Source of the DNA: Candidatus Margulisiibacteriota bacterium | Lineage (GTDB): Bacteria > Margulisbacteria > WOR-1 > O2-12-FULL-45-9 > XYB2-FULL-48-7 | Assembly (NCBI GenBank): GCA_041661965.1 | Contig: JBAZTH010000002.1 | Span: 1-64,000 of the forward strand | DNA: 64,000 nt | Reading direction: 5' to 3' | Shown here: piece after piece, positions 28,948 to 38,631 of the stretch | How positions within the stretch are numbered: the first letter of the stretch is position 1 | Layout: each line of letters starts with the position of its first letter | Made by a program: the position numbers and the translations under genes | Notes under the pieces: generated by a model | What the model was told of the DNA's origin: nothing | Database searches by the model: none | What the model saw: only the letters and a program-made list of their open reading frames with translations

Positions 28948-31216
28948 ATTTCCGCCGCCTTATCACAACTGCCAGCCCGCCAAAGAACAAGGCCAACGTC
29001 CCCAAGCTGACTATCCCACCCAAAAACAAGCTCCCTGGTCGATAAAGGTAAACGATTTGGTGTTGGCCCGCAGGAACCAGACAACCCCGAAAAAGCCCCG
29101 CCTTAATGATCGGAACCTTTTGGCCGTCCACCAAACACTCCCAGCCGGGATAATAGCGGTCGGCCAAAACAACTTGACCGCCGCGGCGGCTTTCGACCGT
29201 TATTTCAACCCGGTCGCTTTCATACTTGACGATCTTAGCCTGTCCCCTGCCGTCAGCAAAGCGAGCTTTGGGGAGCGCCCCGGGATTCTCATAAAGATAA
29301 AGATGGGCGCCAAAAATATAACGATGATTTATGAGCTTCAAACCTTTTAAGTTTAACGCCTGGCTACTGGCCAGGTAGCGAACGCTCGCCTGACTTAACA
29401 GATCAAGACGCTGCTTAAGGTTTGCGCCTGAAAAATCACCCCAATAATCGATGAGCTCGTTCGGTTTAATCGATTCGTAGCCGCTGAAATTCTCGACCCG
29501 GTAAAGGAGATGCCAGTTCGGGGCAAAGTTCTCTTTGGCGTTCAGCAAAGCCTTAACATAGTCATCGCCGGCGATCGTTTTATTCTCCCGCTCCAGTTCC
29601 GGCGTGAAAAAGACCCGCCATTGCGCCCCCCCCTGCTTCACCAACCGGTAGCTTTGCGGCTCATCGGTGTACGCCCGCTGGGGGACCCCCAAGGCGGTCG
29701 AAACCCCGTTCACCATCAGATCGGCAATGACGATCGCCGTCACGGCGGCAATCAACCAGGAGCGGGAGATCGAGCGCCGGGCAAAAAGCCAAACGATCAG
29801 AAGTAAAACGCCGAAATAAATCGTTATTATAAACAGCGTTTGCACGTCGAACTCGATAATCTGGGCCAGAAGGTCAAAGAAATATTCCGGGATATTGCGG
29901 GGATAGCGGGACGCGAGCAAGTCAAAGATATTCTGTAGATTAAGATAAGCCAGCCCAGCGACGATCAACAAGCCGCCGACTAAGGCTTGCAGCCGCTGTT
30001 GAAAACGTTTTAGCCAAACCTCGTCTTGAAGCTGGACCGTGAACCGGGTAAAACCGAGCGCCGCCAAAACGACAAAAGCAAAGTTCGCCATAAATAAATA
30101 TTTAACCGGATAACGGATCAGGGCGACCCCCGGGACCAGTTTATAAGCGAGGGGGAAAATAAAGCTGTATTGGCCAAACGCCATAAACAATGAAAAGATC
30201 GCCACCACCCAGAAAAATAAGGGCCTCTTCCCTTTCAGGGCGAACAACAGGAAAAAGAGCGGCAAGATCCCGAAATAAGGGGAGATGAGCCACGATTGGT
30301 TGACCGGCCCAAGCAAAGTATCGGCATAACCGCAAAACTGTCCCGGGTTGCCGAAGAAATACGGCAAGATCAGCGAGATCGTTTCCCTGGGCGGGAAAGA
30401 GGAAGAGCTGATCAGTTCATAGCCGGTCGCCACCCGGTCGGAAAACTTCGTCAGCTCCAGAAAAGGGAAAAGCTGGACCGCGCAAAGTCCGGCGGTCAAG
30501 AGCCCCGCCCCGGCCAGTAGGAGGATTGATCGCCATTTTCTCCCGCCAAAAACTAATCCGTAGATAAGAAACAGCCAATAAGAAAAGTAAATGATCGTCG
30601 GCTCTCCGCCAAGCAGCATCAAAGAAGAAACAAGAACGAAAGCTAGGTATTCACCCTCACCCCGCCTCGTTCCTCGGCGCCCCTCTCCCACAGGGAGAGG
30701 GGTCGGGGGTGAGGGCTTGATAACTCGATCCCACAGGAGCAACGCCAGCGGCAGCCAGATCGCCGCCGAAAGCGAGGTGTTCATGTTGGAGACCGAAAGT
30801 AAATAGCCGGAAAACATGTAAACCACGCCGCCAAAATAGGCGCCGCCGCGCGGCAATTGAAAGTGCCGCAGTAAAAGGTACATGAACCAACCGGCCAGAA
30901 AATAATGGCTGATAATGTAATAGTTAAAAGCGAGGCCAAACGGGAGCAGATAATAGATCAGGGTCATTGGATAGAAAAAACAGATCTGCAGGGTCGCCAG
31001 GAGCGGCCAGCCGCAATAGCTGTAGGGATTCCAAAGGGGCAAGTGTCCGGACATAACCTGCTCGACCATTAAATGGCGCAAGGGATAAAAGTAACGGGAA
31101 AGGTCCTTGAAAGCAAAGACCGTTTCGCCGGTCAGGAACCGGGCAAAAAATAATAGGGTCAGGAAAAGAAAAGAGAGGACGATGAGTCCGTCCCGTCGGT
31201 CACGGAAGAAGGACAT
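28946..31216 (-). CDS. YfhO-family polytopic membrane protein (putative glycosyltransferase-like), carrying an in-frame 22-codon palindromic-element insertion
   Basis: ~750 aa with many N-terminal TM helices (FYPLRHLMVEQ...WNPYSYCGWPLL). Insertion PSPPTPLPVGEGRRGTRRGEGE is encoded by the palindrome at 30652-30717. Confidence 0.55.
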   Translation of the reverse strand: MSFFRDRRDGLIVLSFLFLTLLFFARFLTGETVFAFKDLSRYFYPLRHLMVEQVMSGHLPLWNPYSYCGWPLLATLQICFFYPMTLIYYLLPFGLAFNYYIISHYFLAGWFMYLLLRHFQLPRGGAYFGGVVYMFSGYLLSVSNMNTSLSAAIWLPLALLLWDRVIKPSPPTPLPVGEGRRGTRRGEGEYLAFVLVSSLMLLGGEPTIIYFSYWLFLIYGLVFGGRKWRSILLLAGAGLLTAGLCAVQLFPFLELTKFSDRVATGYELISSSSFPPRETISLILPYFFGNPGQFCGYADTLLGPVNQSWLISPYFGILPLFFLLFALKGKRPLFFWVVAIFSLFMAFGQYSFIFPLAYKLVPGVALIRYPVKYLFMANFAFVVLAALGFTRFTVQLQDEVWLKRFQQRLQALVGGLLIVAGLAYLNLQNIFDLLASRYPRNIPEYFFDLLAQIIEFDVQTLFIITIYFGVLLLIVWLFARRSISRSWLIAAVTAIVIADLMVNGVSTALGVPQRAYTDEPQSYRLVKQGGAQWRVFFTPELERENKTIAGDDYVKALLNAKENFAPNWHLLYRVENFSGYESIKPNELIDYWGDFSGANLKQRLDLLSQASVRYLASSQALNLKGLKLINHRYIFGAHLYLYENPGALPKARFADGRGQAKIVKYESDRVEITVESRRGGQVVLADRYYPGWECLVDGQKVPIIKAGLFRGCLVPAGQHQIVYLYRPGSLFLGGIVSLGTLALFFGGLAVVIRRRK
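30652..30717. repeat. REP-like nested palindromic element copy 1 (CCCTCACCCC...CCCCTCTCCC-ACA-GGGAGAGGGG...GGGGTGAGGG), 66 bp, inside the yfhO-like coding sequence
   Basis: Nested perfect inverted repeats read directly. A related copy lies at 32963-33023. Confidence 0.7.
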
Positions 31217-31973
31217 AGCGGACCTTGTCGTTTTTCGAGCTCTTTTTGACATCGACTTTGATCCGGTAGACTTTCCAGATGTTTTCCGCCGTCACCACGT
31301 CGGCCGGAGCGCCGTCGGCCACGATCTCCCCCCGGCTCATCAGGATCAGGCGGGTGCAAAAGCGGGAGGCCAGATTTAAATCGTGAAAAGTCGCCAGAAG
31401 CGAGCAGTGCGACCTAAGCCGCCGCATTAATTTGCAGATCTTGACCTGGTAGCGGATATCCAGGTGGGAGGTCGGCTCATCGAGCAAGAGAAGCTTCGGC
31501 TCCTGGGCCAGCGCCCGGGCGATCATCACCCGCTGGAACTCGCCGCCGGAAAGCTCATCGATCATCCGGCCTTTAAGGTTTTCGATCCGCAATTGTTCGA
31601 TCGCCCAATTGACCGCTTCATAATCTTCGGCCGATTCGAAGGCAAACCGCTCCAGGTACGGCAATCGCCCCATCATGACCATATCCTCAACGGTGAACCC
31701 CTCGACCGGCTCCATGATCTGCGGCACAAAGGCAACTTTCCGGGCCAGCTCCCGGCGGTCAAGGTGCTCGACCAACTGGCTGCCGATCGCCAAACTCCCG
31801 GCAAACGGCTTGAGGACCCCAGAGATCGTCCGGAGCATGGTCGTTTTACCGCAGCCGTTCGGCCCGACGATACCAACGAATTCCCCGTCTTTGACCTCGA
31901 AGGTCAATTCCCGGCTGACCGGTTTTTTCCGGTCGTAACCGCAAGTTAGTTTTTCAACCTGCAGAGCGGTCAT
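31200..31973 (-). CDS. ABC transporter ATP-binding protein, iron-siderophore/cobalamin type (FecE/BtuD-like)
   Basis: Walker A GPNGCGKTT, signature LSGGEFQR, Walker B LLLLDEPTSHLD. Confidence 0.85.
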   Translation of the reverse strand: MTALQVEKLTCGYDRKKPVSRELTFEVKDGEFVGIVGPNGCGKTTMLRTISGVLKPFAGSLAIGSQLVEHLDRRELARKVAFVPQIMEPVEGFTVEDMVMMGRLPYLERFAFESAEDYEAVNWAIEQLRIENLKGRMIDELSGGEFQRVMIARALAQEPKLLLLDEPTSHLDIRYQVKICKLMRRLRSHCSLLATFHDLNLASRFCTRLILMSRGEIVADGAPADVVTAENIWKVYRIKVDVKKSSKNDKVRYVLLP

Positions 31974-32954
31974 CGCTCACCCCGGCGCCGGCGGCGCAAC
32001 AAGTAAAGAAAGAAAGGAGAACCAACCAAAGCCATGACCACGCCGATCGGAACTTCCTGCGGCGCGATCACGGTCCGGGCAAGCGCGTCGGCCACAACCA
32101 TGAGAAGCATCCCGGTCAGGATCGAGAGCGGGATCAAAAAACGGTGGTTCGAACCGACCAGCAGACGGATAAAATGCGGCACGATCAATCCGACAAAACC
32201 GATCAGGCCGGAGACGGAAACGGCCGCCGCCGTCATTAAAGAGGCGGCCGCGATCAGGATAAATTTTACCCGCTCAACGTCGACCCCCAGGGTCAGGGCC
32301 ATCTCTTCTCCCAGGAGAAAAGCGTTCAGCTCTTTGGAAAAGAAGTAAGCGATCCCACCGCCGATCAAGGCGTACGGGATCACGGTATAAACCTGGGTCC
32401 AGCTGGCCGAAGAAAGGCTCCCCAGGAGCCAGAAGTAGATCGAGGCGAGATTCCCGGTCAATATAATGATAAGGGCGAGGATCGCGGCACAAAAAGACGA
32501 CAAAGCGACGCCGGCCAAGACCAATGTTTCCGGCGCGGTCCGGCCGCTGACTTTGGACAATTGGTAGACCAGCACGACTGCCGCCAGAGAAAAAAGAAAG
32601 GCGAGCGCCGGGACCGAGCTCATACCGAACATAACGACGCCGACCCCGAAAGCAATGGCAATAGCGGCGCCGATCGCCCCACCGGCCGAAACGCCTAAAA
32701 TGTAAGGATCGGCCAGCGGATTACGCAAAACTCCCTGGAGAACGACACCGGAAACGGAGAGAAGCATCCCGACCAAAGCGGCCAAAATAACGCGAGGGAA
32801 ACGGATCTGCCAGAAAATCTCGCTGTTAAAAAGCTGGGCGGGATCGATCACGGCCGAGCCTAAATAAAAAGAGACCCCGATCGCCGCCGCCAGTAACAAA
32901 AATACGACGACAGTCGCGGCCGCCGCTTGGTCCTTGTTCAACACTCTTTTCATA
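31970..32954 (-). CDS. ABC transporter permease, FecCD/BtuC family
   Basis: ~10-TM FecCD-type permease. The ORF-track N-terminus MPNPPLGGEAGEGNK is the translated REP-like element, so the start is taken at MKRVLNK. Confidence 0.8.
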
Positions 32955-32962
32955 ATCTTATT

Positions 32963-33023
32963 GCCCTCACCCGCCTCACCGCCTAAAGGCGGATTCGGCA
33001 CCCTCTCCCAAAGGGAGAAGGTA
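32963..33023. repeat. REP-like palindromic element copy 2 (partial), overlapping the 5' end of the btuC-like gene
   Basis: Shares the CCCTCACCCGCCTC block and the CCCTCTCCCA-A-AGGGAGAAGG hairpin with copy 1, plus its own CCGCC-TAAA-GGCGG hairpin. Confidence 0.6.
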
Positions 33024-33036
33024 AAATACTAGCACA

Positions 33037-33858
33037 CTACCACTTGGGGGGGTAGAGATAATCAGCGACTATTTTGGCCGCGGTGGCGATCCGGGGACCC
33101 GGCCGCGAAACCAAAGCGGCATCCATAAACAACAAGCGGTGTTTACGGACCGCCGACAGCCTCTGCCAACGACTGTCGCTCTCCACTTGCTCTTTCTTGA
33201 CCAAACCTTCGGGAATAATGATCACCGCCGGATCGATTTGGACTAGCTTCTCAAAACTGAACTGGGGATATGCCGACTTGCTGTGAGCGGCGATATTCTC
33301 CGCCCCGGCCCAAACCAGGTAGTCATTGATAAAATTATTGCCGCCGACAACGATCAGCGGATCGTAACCGACGATCATGATAACTTTTTTCTTCGGCCGG
33401 CCAGAACTATTCTGTTTTATCGCCAAGATCTCCCGGCGCATTTTAGCAAGGAGCGCGGCCGCTTCCCGGGTCTGTCCGGTCACTTTGCCGATCTCGTCGA
33501 TCCCGGCCAGGACCTCCGGCGCGGTCCGTAAATTCAGCGAAAAAACGGGCAGGCCGTAATCGACCAGCTTCTTGATCTCCCCTTTCTGGGCGTCTTCCTG
33601 CATGAAGACGATATCGGGCTTGAGCGAAGCAACCTTCTCCAGACTGATCGTGTAGCCGCCAATCTTTTCTTTGAGCTTGGCCGGGGCCGGATAATCGCAG
33701 TTATTGGTCACGCCGATCACTTTGGCCTCTAACTTGAGGGCAAAAATAATTTCCGTCAGAGCGGGGGTGCAAGAAACGATCCGATTGGGATATTGGAGAG
33801 AATTAACCGGCAGGCAAAGAACAAGGCAAAGAGTGAGGCAGAGGCCAAGGTTTTTCAC
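33037..33858 (-). CDS. ABC transporter periplasmic substrate-binding protein, class III (BtuF/FhuD-like)
   Basis: Signal peptide and the two-lobed PBP fold typical of cobalamin/siderophore binders. Operonic with the permease and ATPase. Confidence 0.7.
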   Translation of the reverse strand: MKNLGLCLTLCLVLCLPVNSLQYPNRIVSCTPALTEIIFALKLEAKVIGVTNNCDYPAPAKLKEKIGGYTISLEKVASLKPDIVFMQEDAQKGEIKKLVDYGLPVFSLNLRTAPEVLAGIDEIGKVTGQTREAAALLAKMRREILAIKQNSSGRPKKKVIMIVGYDPLIVVGGNNFINDYLVWAGAENIAAHSKSAYPQFSFEKLVQIDPAVIIIPEGLVKKEQVESDSRWQRLSAVRKHRLLFMDAALVSRPGPRIATAAKIVADYLYPPKW

Positions 33859-36110
33859 TGAATCCCCATACCAGCCAGAGTTTCCCTGGAGGCTAAAACC
33901 CGCCGCCCTTTCCCTTCTCCCTCCGGCGCGCTGACGATCCCGGCCGCCTGGAGTTCGTCCATCAGCCTGGCGGCCCGGTTATAACCGATCCGGAACTTCC
34001 GCTGGATGTAAGAGGTCGAAGCGACCTGGGTCTCGACGATCAATTTAGCAACTTCGCCGAACATCGCGTCCCGACCGTTGCCCCCTCCCGCCTCTCCGTC
34101 TTTCTTCTCGCCTTCAAGCGGTGTTATTTCTGTGATCTCTTTGAGATAGTCGGGATCGGCCTGCTTCTTGATGAATTCTAAGACCCGTTCGGTTTCCTTA
34201 TCGGTCAGGAAACAACCCTGCACGCGCGTCGGTTTCATCGCGCCGATCGGATTGTAGAGCATGTCGCCGCGGCCAAGGAGCTTTTCCGCCCCCGCCGAGT
34301 CGAGAATAACACGGGAATCGATCTGGGTCGCGACGGCAAAAGCGACGCGCGACGGAATGTTGGCTTTGATCAAACCGGTAATAACGTCGACCGAGGGACG
34401 CTGGGTCGCCACGACCAGGTGAATCCCGGTGGCGCGGGCCATCTGGGCGATCCGGCAGATCGAGGCTTCGACTTCGTTGGCGGCAACCATCATCAAGTCG
34501 GCTAACTCGTCAATAATCACCACAATAAGCGGCAGACGCTGGTCTTTATCAACCTTGTTGTTGTAGGCTTGCAGGTTTCTGGCCCCGAGATCGTGGAACA
34601 ACTTGTAGCGCCGTTCCATCTCCCAAAGGACCCAGGTCTTTAAAGTGGCGGAAGCTTTGCGGACATCGGTCACGACCGGCGCCAGCAGGTGGGCGATACC
34701 GTCATAGATTGAGAGCTCTACCATTTTCGGGTCGATCATCAGCATTTTGACCTCATCAGGCCGGGCACGCAAAAGAATGCTCATGATCAGTGAATTGACG
34801 AAGACGCTCTTCCCCGAGCCGGTCGTTCCGGCGATCAGCAAGTGGGGCATCTTTCCCAGGTCGCCGTAGACCGGCGCGCCGGCGAGGTCTTTGCCGATAG
34901 TAATGTAAAGCTTGGAGGAGTTTTTCCGGAATTCCGGCTGCTTGGCGATCTCCTTCATCCGGACCGTCGTCGTCATGGCGTTCGGGACTTCGATCCCGAC
35001 CACCGATTTTCCCGGGACCGGCGCTTCAATCCGAACGCCGGACGCGGCCAGGTTCAAAGCGATGTCGTCGGCCAGATTGGCGATCCGGCTAACCTTAACC
35101 CCCGGCTCTGGTTGCAATTCGTAGCGGGTAACAGACGGTCCCTGGAAGATCGAAACGACGTGCGCCCCAACCCCGAAACTGCGCAGAGCATCTTCCAGCA
35201 ACCCTTTGCGCATTTCGGTCGTTTCGCGCATCTTATCGGCTTGTTTCTTTTCTTTGGCATTCTGCTCGTCCAAAAGATCGAGCGGCGGCAGTTGATAATT
35301 GGAGTATTCCTTCCGCCCCTCTTCGGTTTCTTCCTCATTTTTGGCGTCGGCTTCGTTATCGTACTTGGGCATCGGAAATTCGAGGACCGGCTTCCGTTTC
35401 GGCTCTTCCTCCGGCTCCGTCTCTGATTCCGGCAGCGGCAATTGGGTCACCACCGGAACCGGAGCATTTTCTTTGACCGGCGCTGGAGCCGCCTTTTTAA
35501 CCGCCGTCGGCTTGGCTTTATCTGGAACGCTTTCAAAATGGAAAATACCAAGCACAAAAGAGATCAGGCTTTGAAAGGTCAGATTAAGCATCAAGAGAAG
35601 GGCGATAAAACCAAAAGTCGCGAGCAAAATATACGCTCCGGCCAGGCCGACCGTTTTTTCCAGCACGAAACGAACGAAGAAACCGGCCGCCCCCCCCGCC
35701 CCCTGAACGATCGGGTAGGTCGTCGCGGCAAAATAAGCCGGGTCGATAAATTGAGCGGTCGAGATAAAGACCAGGAACATAACCAAAAGGCCGGTCAGGC
35801 GGACCGCCAGCTCCTTGATCTCGTGACGCAGGAGCATGATCACCCCGTAAAGCGCCACAAAGAACGGCAAAACGTAAATCCCCACCCCCATGACCGAACG
35901 GAGCGCTTTCTTAATAACGTAAAGGCCGACCAGTCCGGTCGCGGAAGATTGGTTGGAGATAAAGATTATCAGGGCGAGGGCGATCAGCAGTATGCCGATA
36001 ATATCCTGCTTGAATTTGGAAGAAATCTGGGTTTCTCCGGCTTTTTTTCGCGCCTCGCGGCGAAGCGGCGCGGCCGATTGACCATTATTATTGCTCTTTT
36101 TTGGCGGCAT
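33855..36110 (-). CDS. ftsK: DNA translocase FtsK/SpoIIIE
   Basis: N-terminal TM segments, Pro/Glu-rich linker, motor domain with Walker A GTTGSGKSV and ATQRPSVDVITG, and a C-terminal winged-helix gamma domain. Confidence 0.95.
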   Translation of the reverse strand: MPPKKSNNNGQSAAPLRREARKKAGETQISSKFKQDIIGILLIALALIIFISNQSSATGLVGLYVIKKALRSVMGVGIYVLPFFVALYGVIMLLRHEIKELAVRLTGLLVMFLVFISTAQFIDPAYFAATTYPIVQGAGGAAGFFVRFVLEKTVGLAGAYILLATFGFIALLLMLNLTFQSLISFVLGIFHFESVPDKAKPTAVKKAAPAPVKENAPVPVVTQLPLPESETEPEEEPKRKPVLEFPMPKYDNEADAKNEEETEEGRKEYSNYQLPPLDLLDEQNAKEKKQADKMRETTEMRKGLLEDALRSFGVGAHVVSIFQGPSVTRYELQPEPGVKVSRIANLADDIALNLAASGVRIEAPVPGKSVVGIEVPNAMTTTVRMKEIAKQPEFRKNSSKLYITIGKDLAGAPVYGDLGKMPHLLIAGTTGSGKSVFVNSLIMSILLRARPDEVKMLMIDPKMVELSIYDGIAHLLAPVVTDVRKASATLKTWVLWEMERRYKLFHDLGARNLQAYNNKVDKDQRLPLIVVIIDELADLMMVAANEVEASICRIAQMARATGIHLVVATQRPSVDVITGLIKANIPSRVAFAVATQIDSRVILDSAGAEKLLGRGDMLYNPIGAMKPTRVQGCFLTDKETERVLEFIKKQADPDYLKEITEITPLEGEKKDGEAGGGNGRDAMFGEVAKLIVETQVASTSYIQRKFRIGYNRAARLMDELQAAGIVSAPEGEGKGRRVLASRETLAGMGIQ

Positions 36111-36214
36111 TCCAAGTTGAGTATAACATAGACGCTAGACAGGGTCAAAAAAACAGGGCTCCCCTTTCGGAGAGCCCTGTAATTAAACTTCGTTCAACCC
36201 GTACGGTTGGAAAC

Positions 36215-37408
36215 TTAGTTTTTTATGGTCTGGAGCCGGAGAATTTCGGCATTCGAGAGCGGCCGTGAATTAACAACGGTCGCCGATTTAATCGTCGAAC
36301 TCCCCGTCCCGCCGGAAACAATGAGTTTGATCAGCAGTTCGCTGTCCATGGTCCCGTCGCCATTGGTGTCAACCATGATGTGCAGCCACCAGGTCCCGGC
36401 TTCAAAGGTATATTCAAAGGTGAACTTATACCCGCCGCTGACCGCCGATGAAATCCCCAAAGCGGTCAAATTGTAGCTGGTATCAAAATCAATCCATTTT
36501 CCGCCAGTGTTAGAAAGCGCAACCGTCCGGCCTTCGCCCAAGCCATCGGCTAATCGCCGTACGTCCAGGTATGGATCGCGGCTGGATGAGTAATCCGGGC
36601 TAACCGCGTAAATGACCGCTTTGCCGGCCAAAGTGGCAACAACCGCTTCGCCGGAAGTCGTGCATTTGTTGTCGGACGAAGTATCGGCCGCGACATTTTG
36701 ATGTCCGGTAATGTCGGTGATCACGACAAAAACCTTTTGAGCGCCCGCCCGCCAAGTGAAATTATTATAAGCGTACATAACGGCATCCAGCGGATTCTCC
36801 GGCGCATCGCCGCCGCCATCGGCGACAACAGTTTCCAACGTTCCTTTAAGAAGGGTCGCCGTCGTCAGGTCGAGGATCGGGCGAACATAGGTAGCATCGG
36901 AAAAACTTTCCGAAGAAATATAGCCGGCCGGGGTCGGGTGCAAGGCGCTGTCGCCGTAAGTCACCAGGCCGAACTTAGCGTCAACTCCGGCCGCTTCCAG
37001 GGAGGCGGAGAAGGCGACGATGCTGTCTTTCGCTCCATTGATCGAACCGCTCATGCTCCCCGTATTGTCCAGGATAAAAACCAAATCGATCGGCTTGGTC
37101 GTATCGGTCGGGATCCCGAAATCAACACTGCTCCAGTCGGTGGTCGAGGTCCCATCCTTACCGACATAGACTACGAACTTTCCTTTATCGAGGACCAGCA
37201 CTTCGCCAGTCCCGTCTTTGAACAAGGTTCCGAGTGAAATTTCGGCGGTGCTTCCGGAATAGCTGGCCGCGCCGCTCATGGTCACCAGTGACGAACCAAG
37301 AGTCCCCGGATCTTTAGTGGAAGTAAACGAATCGGTCTTGCCGCAACCGACAACCGCAACCCCGATAAGGGCCACGCATAACAGAACATATAAACTTTTT
37401 TTGAACAT
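36215..37408 (-). CDS. Lipoprotein with a von Willebrand factor A (vWA) domain
   Basis: Lipobox LIGVAVVGC. MIDAS motif DLVFILDNTGSMSG. Confidence 0.55.
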   Translation of the reverse strand: MFKKSLYVLLCVALIGVAVVGCGKTDSFTSTKDPGTLGSSLVTMSGAASYSGSTAEISLGTLFKDGTGEVLVLDKGKFVVYVGKDGTSTTDWSSVDFGIPTDTTKPIDLVFILDNTGSMSGSINGAKDSIVAFSASLEAAGVDAKFGLVTYGDSALHPTPAGYISSESFSDATYVRPILDLTTATLLKGTLETVVADGGGDAPENPLDAVMYAYNNFTWRAGAQKVFVVITDITGHQNVAADTSSDNKCTTSGEAVVATLAGKAVIYAVSPDYSSSRDPYLDVRRLADGLGEGRTVALSNTGGKWIDFDTSYNLTALGISSAVSGGYKFTFEYTFEAGTWWLHIMVDTNGDGTMDSELLIKLIVSGGTGSSTIKSATVVNSRPLSNAEILRLQTIKN

Positions 37409-37473
37409 ATCTAATCCTCTCTTAAAATTATATTTGGGCCGTTTACTATTAGTCCGCTCTCACCTCCCGCGCT

Positions 37474-38052
37474 TTATAATTGGATGACGTAAGTCAGGTC
37501 GGCCCGGGCGCCAAGCGCCGTATTGTAACCGATCCCCAGTTTCATTGGACCAAGAGCGGTCCCGGCAATTATTCCGGCGCCGGTCTTGGCTCCTTCGATC
37601 GTCCCGGTCAATCCCGGAATATCTTTAACTTTCTTCGAATAGTTGGCATAGGTTACTTCCAGTCCGACGTACGCCTGACCAAGCGGATAAAACCCCATGA
37701 TCCCGGCGTCGATCACGCCGTAGCCGCTGCCGATCGCGTAACCGCCTTCCGCTCCCAGGTAGATCGGTCCCATCGGTATCGCGTAAGAAGCGGCAATCAG
37801 CCCGGCCCCGCCGGCCAAACCGGCTTTGAGACCAAGTAGCCTCGGGTTCGCCGGGGAAACGGCCGGCGCCTGATTAACGGCTGTCGTCTGCAACATCTGG
37901 GTCGCGGGCGAGGCGGCCTTAGGCGTGATCGTTTTAGTCGTTGTCGTGGTCTTGGTCGTGGTTTTCGTCGTTTTTTTAACCACCGTGGCGGCAAAGGAAG
38001 GAGCGGCTAGAATTAGGGCCAAGGAACAGACTAAAGAAAGAACTTTTTTCAC
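37474..38052 (-). CDS. Secreted Thr/Lys-repeat, Gly-rich protein of unknown function
   Basis: Signal peptide, TTKTTTKTTTTTKT repeat, then a Gly/Ala-rich C-terminal domain. Confidence 0.4.
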   Translation of the reverse strand: MKKVLSLVCSLALILAAPSFAATVVKKTTKTTTKTTTTTKTITPKAASPATQMLQTTAVNQAPAVSPANPRLLGLKAGLAGGAGLIAASYAIPMGPIYLGAEGGYAIGSGYGVIDAGIMGFYPLGQAYVGLEVTYANYSKKVKDIPGLTGTIEGAKTGAGIIAGTALGPMKLGIGYNTALGARADLTYVIQL

Positions 38053-38166
38053 AAGACACCTCCATAAATAACTGCCTAATTATCCACTATAATAAAATAA
38101 TGTCAAGCAATCGAAAAAAAAGGCCGCTCCCGTAAGAAGAACGACCTTTTAAAATTAAAACTTAAT

Positions 38167-38541
38167 TTATCTGCCGGGCATCGCCTTACTTTTCGGCATC
38201 ATTCCTTTGGCCCCATCCTTATCCAGGCAGGGAGCGGTCCCTTTCATCATCATGTCGCCCCCCTTCATCATGCCGCTACCCATCATGCCGTTGCCGCGGA
38301 CTTTCGAACCATAGTAACCGCCGACAATCAGGATCAGCAGGGTTAGGACTACGATTACCACCGCGATCGCCTGGCCGACCAATTTTAACCAACCGCTTTC
38401 CTTGACCGCCAGCACCCAAGTAATAAAAGCGACCGCGAAAAGCGCCGCGGTCATAAGCAGGGACCAGGTAACCATAAATGAAGACATTCCCATAAAAACC
38501 CCCCTTACGAAAGACTGCCGGAATTTTAGGCTCTTTTGCAA
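38167..38541 (-). CDS. Small membrane protein with a Met/Gly-rich C-terminal tail
   Basis: Two TM helices followed by GNGMMGSGMMKGGDMMMKG (Met-rich, possibly soft-metal binding). Confidence 0.4.
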   Translation of the reverse strand: MQKSLKFRQSFVRGVFMGMSSFMVTWSLLMTAALFAVAFITWVLAVKESGWLKLVGQAIAVVIVVLTLLILIVGGYYGSKVRGNGMMGSGMMKGGDMMMKGTAPCLDKDGAKGMMPKSKAMPGR

Positions 38542-38631
38542 TCCAAGTCAAACCCTTTTCTTGACAGTCAGGTTGGGGAGCCGCTATACTGAACCCCGAG
38601 TCGATCGAGGAAGCAACAAGGGGGAATAAAA

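Noticed and set aside
28875-29084. ORF 28875-29084(-)
   Set aside because: It spans the tRNA-His direct repeat and the YfhO C-terminus region. It has no RBS and composition unlike coding sequence.
31107-31379. ORFs 31107-31379(+) and 31159-31359(-)
   Set aside because: They overlap the junction of the yfhO-like and ABC ATPase genes in alternative frames.
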